Virus record (IMG/VR): IMGVR_UViG_2663763326_000005
Reading direction: 5' to 3' (one strand)
DNA length: 45,678 bases
Origin: a virus
Taxonomy: Duplodnaviria > Heunggongvirae > Uroviricota > Caudoviricetes
Below the pieces are notes generated by a model. The model had not been told where the DNA came from and made no database searches. It was given only the letters and a program-made list of their open reading frames with translations. Below, piece after piece: positions 32,162-40,901 of this stretch (within the stretch, counting starts at the first letter, position 1; each line of letters starts with the position of its first letter). The translations under genes were made by a program, and so were the position numbers.

Positions 32162-35100
32162 TTAACTATCCTTTTCAGGTAGTTTTACAACATAAGTCCT
32201 TATTGTTTTCTCATATGTATTTTTGCTATTCGTTATTTTGGCCTTAATCCAGTGATAACCACTTTCATAGGTGCTGAATTCCGAAGCTGCATTACCTGTC
32301 CAGTGTAACGTTACTGTAGCAGGCTCCATTTTGACCCGTTGAGAGTCTGGACTATCTTCACTACCAGCAGAAAACTCAACCGTACCAGATAATGGGTTTC
32401 CAAAATGATCGACAAATCGAGCATAAATACCTACTGGAGATCCATCGTTTGTCTCATAACCAGGATCTTTTGTTAGAGTCAATACTCCATTTGCGTCATC
32501 AGCGTACAGGGAGAATGATTTCACCGCGCTAACATCACTGCCAAGTTCGTTTAAGGTCGCCGTTAATTTATACGAACCAACCGTTCGACCATGTACGCTT
32601 ACCGTAGCCTGACCGTTCTCATCAGTCGTTACTGTGGTTTTATCAACCACCAACGCACCATATTTAGACGGCCCAGATGTCTTAACATTCAATGCTCGAC
32701 CACTTAATGCTTCGCCTGACTTACTTTTCAACAGTAACGTAAATACCAGATTGTTGGTATCGCTCACTACAGCCGAAGATGCAGATGATGTGATCTCCAA
32801 CACAGCCCCCTTCACATCCGTCACGGCATCAATATTCTGGCTTGCGGTTATGCGTTTCCCATCCAGAACATACTCGGCCTGAATTGTGTACTGGCCTGAT
32901 TTCGATGCAGTGAACTGCGTTGTTGCCTGTCCATGAGCATCCAGTTGCAGATTACTACTGGTCAATGATGCTCCCGTCGATGGTGTAATCGTTAAATCCA
33001 CCTCGCCTGTAAACGCATTGTTATTCGCATCAACCAACTGAATGTTTACTGTTGCGTTTTCACTGCCATCGGCCACAATCTCCTGTTTTGATACACTCAT
33101 ATTCAGTTCTGCAGAAGCAACATCGGGCACAAAAGTTAACTTAACGCTGCCAGATTCCACGCTATGGGAACCGTCAGTCACCCGTGCAGTCACCGTGTAC
33201 TCACCAGCTTTCACCGTTGTAAGCGGAACAGAAACATGCCCTGTTGAATCAGTCACGATATTTGTTGGTACAGATAATCCTTCAGATGAGGTGATGAGCT
33301 GAATCTTTTGCCCATTGACCGACGCATTCGTATTTGTCAGCTGCACATCTAATACCGCTGCATCCTTACCATTAGCAGGAATATTGGAAATTAAACTACT
33401 GCTTTCAGGCGTCAGTGACAGTGAAGCTCCGGTCATATTTGATGCAAAGGTCACTGTTAACTCAGTAGACATCTGAGAACCAGCATGAGCTGTAATCACG
33501 TAAGACCCCGGAGTGGAGCTTATTAACGCAAAAATAGCATTACCATTTTCGTCAGTTGAAACAGCATGTTCACCACCAACTTGAGTTATCCCTGCTGGTA
33601 AAGACAATGTGACAGCATAACCAGGAACAACATTGCCGAAACGGTCCGCAAGGCTTACAGTTACCATATTTCTCTGTTTTCCATCAGCCAATGCATTATT
33701 TTGGCTGGCTTCAAACTGAGAGAATGTAACCTGCTGCCGGTCCTCAATAAAGGTGATTTCTTTCTTAACACCTGAGAAATCATGACTATCAGATTTAACA
33801 CCGATAGTAATCTTACCAGCTCGTTTTGAAGTTACTGTCGCGCTATAGACACCGTCTTTTTCCGTTACAGTCCCAAACTCGACTCCTTCTGCCTGGTTAA
33901 GAGCATAAAAGCTCAGAGTGTTATCACCAGTGATTGCATTTCCTTGTGAATCCTTCACTGCCAGTTGTAGATTGATATTGTAACCAACTACCTGTTCTGC
34001 TGGTGCAGCGGTTAAAACAGCACTGACCTCAGAATCAGGTTCTGTTGTTGCTGTTTGCTTAATACTGAGAGTAAATGTTTTTCCCTGAACTTTTGCAGTT
34101 ACACGTACCGTACCAGCCTGCGAACCAGCAGCCAGAACAGAGCGATATACCCCAGCAGAGATTTCCTCTACCGCGCCTAATGACGGAGCAGTTACCGTTT
34201 CACGCTGTCGAGCACTATTGCTATCTGCTGTAAATTCCACTGACATTTCAATGTCATCAGCCAGTCCGGTTAATGCCTTACCGTTACTATCTTTCAGGCT
34301 TAATACTATCGGATAAGTGGATTGGCTATCAGCAGAGATCGTCGGCGACGAATCTCCATCCAGTGTAAAAGACGAATCAGCTGTCGATACATCACTATCA
34401 GTAATGGCTGCCTGCTTAATATTCAGAGTAAAGGTTTTTCCCTGAACTTTTGCAGTTACACGTACCGTACCAGCCTGCGAACCAGCAGCCAGAACAGAGC
34501 GATATACACCAGCAGAGATTTCCTCTACCGCGCCTAATGACGGAGCAGTTACCGTTTCACGCTGTCGAGCACTATTGCTATCTGCTGTAAATTCCACTGA
34601 CATTTCAATGTCATCAGCCAGTCCGGTTAATGCCTTACCGTTACTATCTTTCAGGCTTAATACTATCGGATAAGTGGATTGGCTATCAGCAGAGATCGTC
34701 GGCGACGAATCTCCATCCAGTGTAAAAGACGAATCAGCTGTCGATACATCACTATCAGTAATGGCTGCCTGCTTAATATTCAGAGTAAAGGTTTTTCCCT
34801 GAACTTTTGCAGTTACACGTACCGTACCAGCCTGCGAACCAGCAGTCAGAACAGAGCGATATACCCCAGCAGAGATTTCCTCTACCGCGCCTAATGACGG
34901 AGCAGTTACCGTTTCACGCTGTCGAGCACTATTGCTATCTGCTGTAAATTCCACTGACATTTCAATGTCATCAGCCAGTCCGGTTAATGCCTTACCGTTA
35001 CTATCTTTCAGGCTTAATACTATCGGATAAGTGGATTGGCTATCAGCAGAGATTGTCGGCGACGAATCTCCATCCAGTGTAAAAGACGAATCAGCCGTCG

Positions 35101-36427
35101 AGACACCACTATCAGTAACGCTAATATTCATCACGGCATAGTTGGAAACGTTGCCTCTGTTATCCTGTACTGTGGCTCCAACATTCCACGAATTTACACC
35201 TTCGCTTTTATAAGCCGGTAAAGTGATCTGCCATGATGTGCCATTTCCACTGATCTTGCCGCCAGCCGCAGTGAATGCACTATCATTCCACTGTACAGAC
35301 TTGATACCACCACTAGCATTGTTGATTGTCAGTGTTACAGGGATGATTGATTCCCCCTCCCCCTGAACAGACTCTGGCAAACTGATTTTCAGTGCATGCT
35401 TCTTCTTGTACTCCAGAACAATGTTGTTATTTCGTTCAACAAAATCATAACGCCGGTTCTGGACTTCTCGCATAACTGCAACATTATCGCTGCTAAGCTG
35501 TTCAGCCAAGGAAACGCCCGGGCGATAATTAAACTCAACACCAAAGGTTGTATCGTGAGTGTTGCTCTGTCCTTGCTTATGCTGTGCAGAAAACTTAATC
35601 AGAGGAACTGGTGTATAAGAAATTCCCCCAGTAACTGCGTAAGGGTTTTCCTGCAGGTTATCGCTTCCAAATAACCCGACATTTTTACCATAATATTTTT
35701 CAAACTGAATAGATGCCCCTAATTGCGGATAAGCAGGTAGCCATCCTTCAGCAGAAAAATCCCAGCCATTTGCAGGTCTTTCCAGATAATCATCAATATC
35801 ACGACTGTTCTTCCAGTCAGATAGACCAAAATAGGTATTTACACCAAGCCTGAAATAATCCCTCCAGTACTCAACCCCAAAACCTGCACGAGAGTGACTA
35901 CGACTTAAATCGTAATCATAGAAAACATTCGCACCCAACATTGCGTTATCAGGAGTGAAATGACGAATCCCCAAACCAATATTGGTCTGATTTCGGTCAT
36001 CAGTACGATGTAGTGATGTCTGACTGAATAACACATAATCCTGAGTATCCAGCCATGGATATAAAAAGTCGAATGATGAATCCTTCAAGGAAAAAGAATC
36101 ATCGACATTAAGCTTGATGCGCGCATTGCCATATTGTTGCAACCAGTCGACGACCTCTTTTGTCGCCTGAGTTGATAAAGTATTTACAGCAAAACTACTT
36201 GCATTATTATTCGCCAGGCTCTGACCTGCACTTGCTGCAAATGAGGCCACTTTATTTGCATGCTCATCGCTGGCATAAATTTGCGTAACATCTTTATTAC
36301 CAGATGATGCAAAACTGTTTGCTGGGATCAAAGAAAGAGAAACTGGAGATAATATCTGGGTAACAATTACCGACCATGTAATCGCGCCAGATGCAGTTTT
36401 TTTTAACTTTTTATTCACAGTGGTCAT
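32162..36427 (-). CDS. inverse autotransporter adhesin (intimin/invasin family), 1421 aa, with Ig-like repeats
   Basis: N-terminal signal/anchor, then a beta-barrel-like region (DFLYPWLDTQDYVLFSQTSLHRTDDRNQTNIGLGIRHF.., GFGVEYWRDYFRLGVNTYF, EGWLPAYPQLGASIQFEKYYG), then a long series of Ig-like passenger repeats including three near-identical 119-aa units. AT-rich upstream region. Confidence 0.8.
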   Translation of the reverse strand: MTTVNKKLKKTASGAITWSVIVTQILSPVSLSLIPANSFASSGNKDVTQIYASDEHANKVASFAASAGQSLANNNASSFAVNTLSTQATKEVVDWLQQYGNARIKLNVDDSFSLKDSSFDFLYPWLDTQDYVLFSQTSLHRTDDRNQTNIGLGIRHFTPDNAMLGANVFYDYDLSRSHSRAGFGVEYWRDYFRLGVNTYFGLSDWKNSRDIDDYLERPANGWDFSAEGWLPAYPQLGASIQFEKYYGKNVGLFGSDNLQENPYAVTGGISYTPVPLIKFSAQHKQGQSNTHDTTFGVEFNYRPGVSLAEQLSSDNVAVMREVQNRRYDFVERNNNIVLEYKKKHALKISLPESVQGEGESIIPVTLTINNASGGIKSVQWNDSAFTAAGGKISGNGTSWQITLPAYKSEGVNSWNVGATVQDNRGNVSNYAVMNISVTDSGVSTADSSFTLDGDSSPTISADSQSTYPIVLSLKDSNGKALTGLADDIEMSVEFTADSNSARQRETVTAPSLGAVEEISAGVYRSVLTAGSQAGTVRVTAKVQGKTFTLNIKQAAITDSDVSTADSSFTLDGDSSPTISADSQSTYPIVLSLKDSNGKALTGLADDIEMSVEFTADSNSARQRETVTAPSLGAVEEISAGVYRSVLAAGSQAGTVRVTAKVQGKTFTLNIKQAAITDSDVSTADSSFTLDGDSSPTISADSQSTYPIVLSLKDSNGKALTGLADDIEMSVEFTADSNSARQRETVTAPSLGAVEEISAGVYRSVLAAGSQAGTVRVTAKVQGKTFTLSIKQTATTEPDSEVSAVLTAAPAEQVVGYNINLQLAVKDSQGNAITGDNTLSFYALNQAEGVEFGTVTEKDGVYSATVTSKRAGKITIGVKSDSHDFSGVKKEITFIEDRQQVTFSQFEASQNNALADGKQRNMVTVSLADRFGNVVPGYAVTLSLPAGITQVGGEHAVSTDENGNAIFALISSTPGSYVITAHAGSQMSTELTVTFASNMTGASLSLTPESSSLISNIPANGKDAAVLDVQLTNTNASVNGQKIQLITSSEGLSVPTNIVTDSTGHVSVPLTTVKAGEYTVTARVTDGSHSVESGSVKLTFVPDVASAELNMSVSKQEIVADGSENATVNIQLVDANNNAFTGEVDLTITPSTGASLTSSNLQLDAHGQATTQFTASKSGQYTIQAEYVLDGKRITASQNIDAVTDVKGAVLEITSSASSAVVSDTNNLVFTLLLKSKSGEALSGRALNVKTSGPSKYGALVVDKTTVTTDENGQATVSVHGRTVGSYKLTATLNELGSDVSAVKSFSLYADDANGVLTLTKDPGYETNDGSPVGIYARFVDHFGNPLSGTVEFSAGSEDSPDSQRVKMEPATVTLHWTGNAASEFSTYESGYHWIKAKITNSKNTYEKTIRTYVVKLPEKDS
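34050..35120. repeat. three near-perfect direct tandem repeats of 357 bp inside the adhesin gene
   Basis: The same string (e.g. gcttaat.. at 34057, 34414, 34771) recurs with a 357-bp period. It encodes DSGVSTADSSFTLDGDSSPTISADSQSTYPIVLSLKDSNGKALTGLADDIEMSVEFTADSNSARQRETVTAPSLGAVEEISAGVYRSVL.. three times and produces identical spurious plus-strand ORFs at 34322, 34679 and 35036. Confidence 0.9.
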
Positions 36428-36676
36428 AGTTCAATCAACGTTATGAATATAATGAAAAAAATAACTGGTATGACAAGAGGCGCGAAATATACAGCTCGTT
36501 ACAAAAAAATCAACTCAAAAATAAAATAAAATCTCTGCATAAACTTTATGGCTAAATGATTTCACAACAATGGAAGAAAAATTTTGTTGCTCACGCAATC
36601 AATCATTTCGGGCGTTACAACTAGTCCTAGATTATATTCGCTAGGTATACTTTATTTTTAAGCTAATACTTTAGCT

Positions 36677-37378
36677 CTATTTCATCGCTCCTTTCAGCCC
36701 GAACTTAGCTTTGATTTCTGCGATCTTCGCCAGAGCCTGTGCACGATTTAGAGGCCTACCGCCCATGACAGGAAGTTGTTTTACTGGTTCAGGTATAGCC
36801 TCACCACGGTTAATTCGCGCGGTCATACAGGCCAGTTCATCGGCAGCCTTGCGCCGTAATTCCGCGTCAGTCAACGCATTGGCCCGCATGTTCTGATACA
36901 GGTTGGTAACCAGCCAGTAGTGCGCGTTTGATTTCCACGGATAAGACTCTGCATCCGGATACAGACCACGCTTCCGGCAATACTCGTAAACCATATCAAC
37001 CAGCTCGCTGACGTTTGGCAGCCCGGCGGTAACGGATGCTTCTTCCCGGCACCATGCAACAAACTGCCCGGGTGATGGCAGAAATGGTCTATTCTGCCGA
37101 CGGGCAACACGCATTCCGTCGCTCACCTGCTCCATCGTGGTGATCCCGTTTTCCCGGAAAGCCAGAACCCACTGGCGGCGGATTTCGTTCAGTTCGTTCT
37201 GGTCACGATTAGCCAGGCTCGCCGGGAAAGTTGCCAGTAACTGGCTGAATACACCGTTGATTATCTGCGCTACCTGCTGTACCTGCGGCTTTTCGTCGTA
37301 CTGTTCCGGCATGTTGTTGGCGATCCGACGCATCTGCTCACGGTCAAAGTTAATCATCTGTGCGGCGATGTTTTTCAT
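36677..37378 (-). CDS. P: replication protein P (DnaB helicase loader)
   Basis: MKNIAAQMINFDREQMRRIANNMPEQYDEKPQVQQVAQIINGVFSQLLATFPASLANRDQNELNEIRRQWVLAFRENGITTMEQV; 233 aa as lambda P. Confidence 0.9.
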   Translation of the reverse strand: MKNIAAQMINFDREQMRRIANNMPEQYDEKPQVQQVAQIINGVFSQLLATFPASLANRDQNELNEIRRQWVLAFRENGITTMEQVSDGMRVARRQNRPFLPSPGQFVAWCREEASVTAGLPNVSELVDMVYEYCRKRGLYPDAESYPWKSNAHYWLVTNLYQNMRANALTDAELRRKAADELACMTARINRGEAIPEPVKQLPVMGGRPLNRAQALAKIAEIKAKFGLKGAMK

Positions 37379-38394
37379 AGATCCACCCCGTAAATCCAGT
37401 CTGTGTTTGTCAGGTCGAGTTTTGGTTTGCTAGCTGTCACGCCTGCCTGTTGCTTGTTACGGTTGATTTCGAGTTGGGTCCACTTGTCGCGGAGTTTGGC
37501 CGGACTTAGCACGTTACCGGACCAGAAGTTGTCCTGGCATGCCCAGCGGAACAGCACGCACATGTCGCGGTGGTTACGTCCGTCACGTTCACGCATCAGG
37601 CGGATATCGTTAGCCCACCCTGCAAAATTCGGTTTTCTGGCTGATGGCGCGATGGTCTTCACCATGTCAAACATCCACTCTGCGGCGGTCAGGTCTTCTG
37701 CTGTCCCCCACTTGCTGCCGCTCTGAATTGCAGCATCCGGTTTCACCACAGGAAGATCGTTTTCTGGTTGGTCAGAGGATTCGCCAGAATTCTCGGACGA
37801 AAAAGGTTTTATATTGTCTTTTGTTAGTTTGTCTTTTGTGTTTACCTGATTCGGGTAAACGCCTTTACCTGATTTGGGTAAACTTTTTTTACCTGATTCA
37901 GGTAAATTTACCTCTTTCAGGTAAACTTTATTTTTCTTACCTGATTCGGGTAATGTTGACCATTCACTGACCACATTATTAATGCCGGTATTCCGCCCGC
38001 TCTGAATAAAAATCCCACGCTTTACCAGAACACTTTTTGCAGCAGAACACTTGTGCGGCAATATCCCGGTTAATTCGGAAAGTTGCTCGTTGCTAACCCA
38101 ATCCAGTTTTTTATTAAAGCCATATGTTTTGCGCATGACAGCCAGAAAGACCAGAAGCTGGTGCTGTGTTAATCCGGCCAGCATCACAGCTTCCAGCAAC
38201 TCATTTGCAATGCGCGTATAACCATCATCGAGATCTGCCACGCGCGGCTCCTTTTGTGCCGCATCCGGCACTGGAAAATTGAATATCTCAGCAGTGTTTG
38301 CCATAATTCCTCCCGCAATGAGTGTGTTACGATTTGCACCTGAAAGTCGGTTCTGTTCCAGCAGACCGGCTTTCGCCATTTCTGAACCTGTCAT
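37375..38394 (-). CDS. O: replication initiator O-like protein (origin-binding)
   Basis: Lambda-O-like N-terminal domain (ADLDDGYTRIANELLEAVMLAGLTQHQLLVFLAVMRKTYGFNK), iterons inside the coding sequence, stop overlaps the P start. Confidence 0.8.
   Translation of the reverse strand: MTGSEMAKAGLLEQNRLSGANRNTLIAGGIMANTAEIFNFPVPDAAQKEPRVADLDDGYTRIANELLEAVMLAGLTQHQLLVFLAVMRKTYGFNKKLDWVSNEQLSELTGILPHKCSAAKSVLVKRGIFIQSGRNTGINNVVSEWSTLPESGKKNKVYLKEVNLPESGKKSLPKSGKGVYPNQVNTKDKLTKDNIKPFSSENSGESSDQPENDLPVVKPDAAIQSGSKWGTAEDLTAAEWMFDMVKTIAPSARKPNFAGWANDIRLMRERDGRNHRDMCVLFRWACQDNFWSGNVLSPAKLRDKWTQLEINRNKQQAGVTASKPKLDLTNTDWIYGVDL
37842..37954. repeat. replication origin iterons (5 x 17-bp TTACC..GGTAA) with adjacent AT-rich tract
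   Basis: TTACCTGATTCGGGTAA (37842), TTACCTGATTTGGGTAA (37865), TTACCTGATTCAGGTAA (37889), TTACCTCTTTCAGGTAA (37908), TTACCTGATTCGGGTAA (37938); AT-rich 37801-37841. Confidence 0.8.
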
Positions 38395-38930
38395 ATCGCC
38401 CCCAGCATGGTAGTAACCATCGCCATCAATGGACCAGCCAGATCTGGGTCCACACGAAACATCGACACAATACCTTCACTAATTTCCTTCAGTTTCTGGT
38501 GGCGTGGTGCGTTGAGAATGACAGCCTGTTTTGCCTCACTGAGTTCCTTTTCCATTTCAGCCAACCTAGCCATGAAGCTATCCTGCTCAACCAGGTAACC
38601 GCGATATTCCAGCGGTAGTACCGCCAGAATTGCCGGGGTCAGTTCACGCACGTTATTTCGGTATTTTTCAGAATCGAATTTGTTATCGAGGAAGCGGAAC
38701 AGCTTCTGGCGTGCACGGCTGACATCATCAGGGAAATCGATGGTGCCGCCGCCCTGCTCCAGATACTCATTCACAATGAGTGTGGCAACGACATCCTGAT
38801 TATCTACAGCCGACCAGGCGCGGACGGCATCACGGATTTTTTCGTGGCCTGGCACCTGTTTTGTTTGAGAACGATTTATCACCGCAGTCGGGCTAAATCC
38901 GCTAGTCTGTTGGTATGTAAGTGGTTGCAT
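38391..38930 (-). CDS. putative CII-like regulatory protein (179 aa) between cro and O
   Basis: Position between cro and O, stop overlapping the O start (ATGA). Sequence not lambda cII; assignment is by position and a vague resemblance to CII-like prophage regulators. Confidence 0.35.
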   Translation of the reverse strand: MQPLTYQQTSGFSPTAVINRSQTKQVPGHEKIRDAVRAWSAVDNQDVVATLIVNEYLEQGGGTIDFPDDVSRARQKLFRFLDNKFDSEKYRNNVRELTPAILAVLPLEYRGYLVEQDSFMARLAEMEKELSEAKQAVILNAPRHQKLKEISEGIVSMFRVDPDLAGPLMAMVTTMLGAI

Positions 38931-38999
38931 AATTGACTCCTTTAGTTTGAATTGACTGTTAAGTTGATTGCTTATTGTTAAAGAGCGTGAAATGGAAAT

Positions 39000-39230
39000 T
39001 TAAGCTGCGTTCTTTTCGGTGTGTGGAAACAACTTCGGAAGATCCGGGCGAATCTGGTATGCCTTCACTACTCCACCAGTAGCCGTAACAATGCTGCCGA
39101 CATGTTCAGGGGATACCTTTGCTTTGTTGTGAAGCCACTTATAGACGGCCTGCTGTGAAACTTCGCAAGCAGCGCCCAGTTTCTTTTGTGAACCAACGAT
39201 ATTGATCGCTGTTTTGATAGCTGGGTTCAT
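39000..39230 (-). CDS. cro: Cro-like repressor (small HTH protein)
   Basis: 76-aa ORF divergent from cI with an HTH-like segment (QKKLGAACEVSQQAVYKWLHNK) and GGAGG RBS at 39236-39240. Confidence 0.75.
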   Translation of the reverse strand: MNPAIKTAINIVGSQKKLGAACEVSQQAVYKWLHNKAKVSPEHVGSIVTATGGVVKAYQIRPDLPKLFPHTEKNAA

Positions 39231-39334
39231 AACAACCTCCGTGGTTAATTTGAATCAAGATTAAAACTATGGTTGTTTTTAGTCAACAACCATTTTCGTT
39301 TGATGGAATAAAACCTTGGTTGTACATTTGGACT
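39231..39334. promoter_or_regulatory. OR operator / divergent PR and PRM promoter region
   Basis: Palindrome ATGGTTGTT-TTTAGTC-AACAACCAT (39269-39293) plus further AACAACC/GGTTGT half-sites. Candidate PR on minus: TTGACT (39281-39286), 17 bp, TAATCT (39258-39263). Candidate PRM on plus: TTGATG (39300-39305), 17 bp, TACATT (39323-39328), with cI ATG at 39335 (leaderless-like). Confidence 0.6.
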
Positions 39335-40024
39335 ATGAAAACAACACTCTCAGAAAGACTTAAAGAAGCCAGATTAGCGCGAGGCCTTACACAAAAGGCG
39401 CTTGGGGATTTGGTCGGGGTTAGCCAGGCTGCTATTCAGAAAATCGAAACAGGGAAAGCTAATCAAACAACTAAAATCGTGGAGATCGCGAACGCTTTGG
39501 GTGTGCGCGCAGAATGGTTATCTTCTGGCGTTGGAAATATGTCAGACAGTACAGTGCAACCAATACAATCAACTGTCAGCCATTCCAAATACTTCAAGAT
39601 TGACGTTCTTGATATAGAAGTCAGTGCTGGGCCGGGAGTCATCAACCGTGAGTTTGTAGAAGTTCTACGCTCGGTTGAGTACTCGTTTGACGATGCTCGT
39701 CACATGTTCGATGGTAGGAAGGCGGAAAATATCCGCATCATTAACGTGCGTGGTGACAGCATGTCAGGAACGATCGAACCAGGTGATCTGCTGTTCGTTG
39801 ATATCACAGTTAAATCTTTCGACGGTGATGGTATCTATGCGTTTCTGTACGACGACACAGCCCATGTAAAGCGCCTGCAAATGATGAAGGATAAGCTGCT
39901 GGTCATCTCTGATAACAAAAGCTACTCACCGTGGGACCCGATCGAGAAAGACGAGATGAACCGGGTGTTCATCTTCGGTAAGGTTATTGGGAGCATGCCG
40001 CAGACATATAGGAAGCATGGGTAG
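39335..40024 (+). CDS. cI: CI-type prophage repressor (HTH plus LexA/S24-like autocleavage domain)
   Basis: MKTTLSERLKEARLARGLTQKALGDLVGVSQAAIQKIETGKANQTTKIVEIANALGV (HTH) and a C-terminal S24-like domain (VRGDSMSGTIEPGDLLFVD..AHVKRL). Confidence 0.85.
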   Translation: MKTTLSERLKEARLARGLTQKALGDLVGVSQAAIQKIETGKANQTTKIVEIANALGVRAEWLSSGVGNMSDSTVQPIQSTVSHSKYFKIDVLDIEVSAGPGVINREFVEVLRSVEYSFDDARHMFDGRKAENIRIINVRGDSMSGTIEPGDLLFVDITVKSFDGDGIYAFLYDDTAHVKRLQMMKDKLLVISDNKSYSPWDPIEKDEMNRVFIFGKVIGSMPQTYRKHG

Positions 40025-40145
40025 TACCAATTAAAAATTATCAACTGGGCATTGTGCTCATTCAGTAAAGAACTAATTCCTATCTTTGCTCTAGGTAGTA
40101 ATATTAAGCCACCGCAATAATATCTTTACCTAACGGCGTAAGAAT

Positions 40146-40172
40146 CCCGGTCACCGTGCCGGGTTTTCTTTT
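40146..40172 (+). terminator. intrinsic terminator downstream of cI
   Basis: CCCGG-TCACCGTG-CCGGG followed by TTTTCTTTT. Confidence 0.6.
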
Positions 40173-40286
40173 GCCCTCCCCTCATCACACACACCGTTAA
40201 AAAAACCACCATAACCTCGCTTCAGTTATCGCTATGCGATTCAAGTCACAAAATAAATCCATCCTAAATACAACCAGTTATATCTA

Positions 40287-40345
40287 AAACAACCAATAAA
40301 ACAACTTTTGTTGTTGACGATAAAACAACTATAGTTTTAAATAAG
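40287..40345 (+). promoter_or_regulatory. candidate OL operators / PL promoter
   Basis: Repeated AAAACAAC motifs (40287, 40299, 40322) and inverted GTTGTT (40310-40315) share the OR half-site. TTGACG (40314-40319), 17 bp, TTAAAT (40337-40342) is oriented toward gam-bet-exo. Confidence 0.5.
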
Positions 40346-40346
40346 T

Positions 40347-40489
40347 TCATCGCAACAACACAACGATACGGCAACTACCTGATTCACCGTTGCGATGACC
40401 GCTTAGATCCGCAGTTTGAATTTCAGCAGGCTTCGGGGAGTGCGAGGGGTGAAACGGACGCGTGAACGTCGGTGTGACCAGCTGAAATT
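40347..40489 (+). promoter_or_regulatory. two consecutive long-range inverted repeats in the predicted PL leader (candidate structured RNA: nut- or put-like)
   Basis: TCATCGCAAC (40347-40356) pairs with GTTGCGATGA (40389-40398). AATTTCAGC (40419-40427) pairs with GCTGAAATT (40481-40489); its loop holds GACG-CGTGAA-CGTC (40457-40470). Confidence 0.35.
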
Positions 40490-40535
40490 AACTCAACATT
40501 TCATACCTTAGTCGCTTCAACGAGGCGGCTTAGTT

Positions 40536-40826
40536 ATGACAACCGGCGGCCATCCACCGCCTGAATACGCGCAGAAGTCTCTATATGTTCAGCAGCCCAG
40601 CTTACGGGCAGGAGTTTTTATGGTTCATCAACATTACGGAACGCAGACCGTTAATCGCGGTGCGGTCATGCCAGGAATGCTGGTCAAACACAAAGATGGT
40701 ACCTGGACTGCATCAGCTAATTTACGCGGACGGCTTTATCTGCATCGCGGCATCGAGCGCACTTATACCCGTGATTTGCTCGTGGAAGTTTTTCTCGACG
40801 GACGCGGCAACGGCCTGAATCACTAA
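40536..40826 (+). CDS. hypothetical protein (96 aa) at the N-gene position
   Basis: First ORF downstream of the candidate PL, upstream of gam; no arginine-rich N-like motif; GAGG about 10 nt upstream. Confidence 0.4.
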   Translation: MTTGGHPPPEYAQKSLYVQQPSLRAGVFMVHQHYGTQTVNRGAVMPGMLVKHKDGTWTASANLRGRLYLHRGIERTYTRDLLVEVFLDGRGNGLNH

Positions 40827-40901
40827 TCCCCTTTCCTGTTTACCTAATCAGCCCGGCATTTCGCAGGCGATATTTTCACAGCCATTTTCAGGAGTTCAGC
40901 C

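Noticed and set aside
34322-35221. Three similar small plus-strand ORFs (34322, 34679, 35036)
   Set aside because: They are the same antisense reading repeated by the 357-bp tandem repeats of the adhesin gene, not a gene family.
37842-37954. Possible CRISPR array (short regularly spaced repeats)
   Set aside because: The repeats are 17-bp inverted-repeat iterons inside the O gene with irregular short spacers, the classic lambdoid ori arrangement; no CRISPR array is evident anywhere in the window.
40025-40286. rexAB-like exclusion genes downstream of cI
   Set aside because: No ORF of useful length on either strand; only a terminator and operator-like motifs.
40585-40818. 77-codon ORF as the early-left gene
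   Set aside because: It overlaps the 96-codon ORF in another frame and lacks any upstream RBS-like sequence; the 96-codon frame is kept as the working call, but this is not settled.
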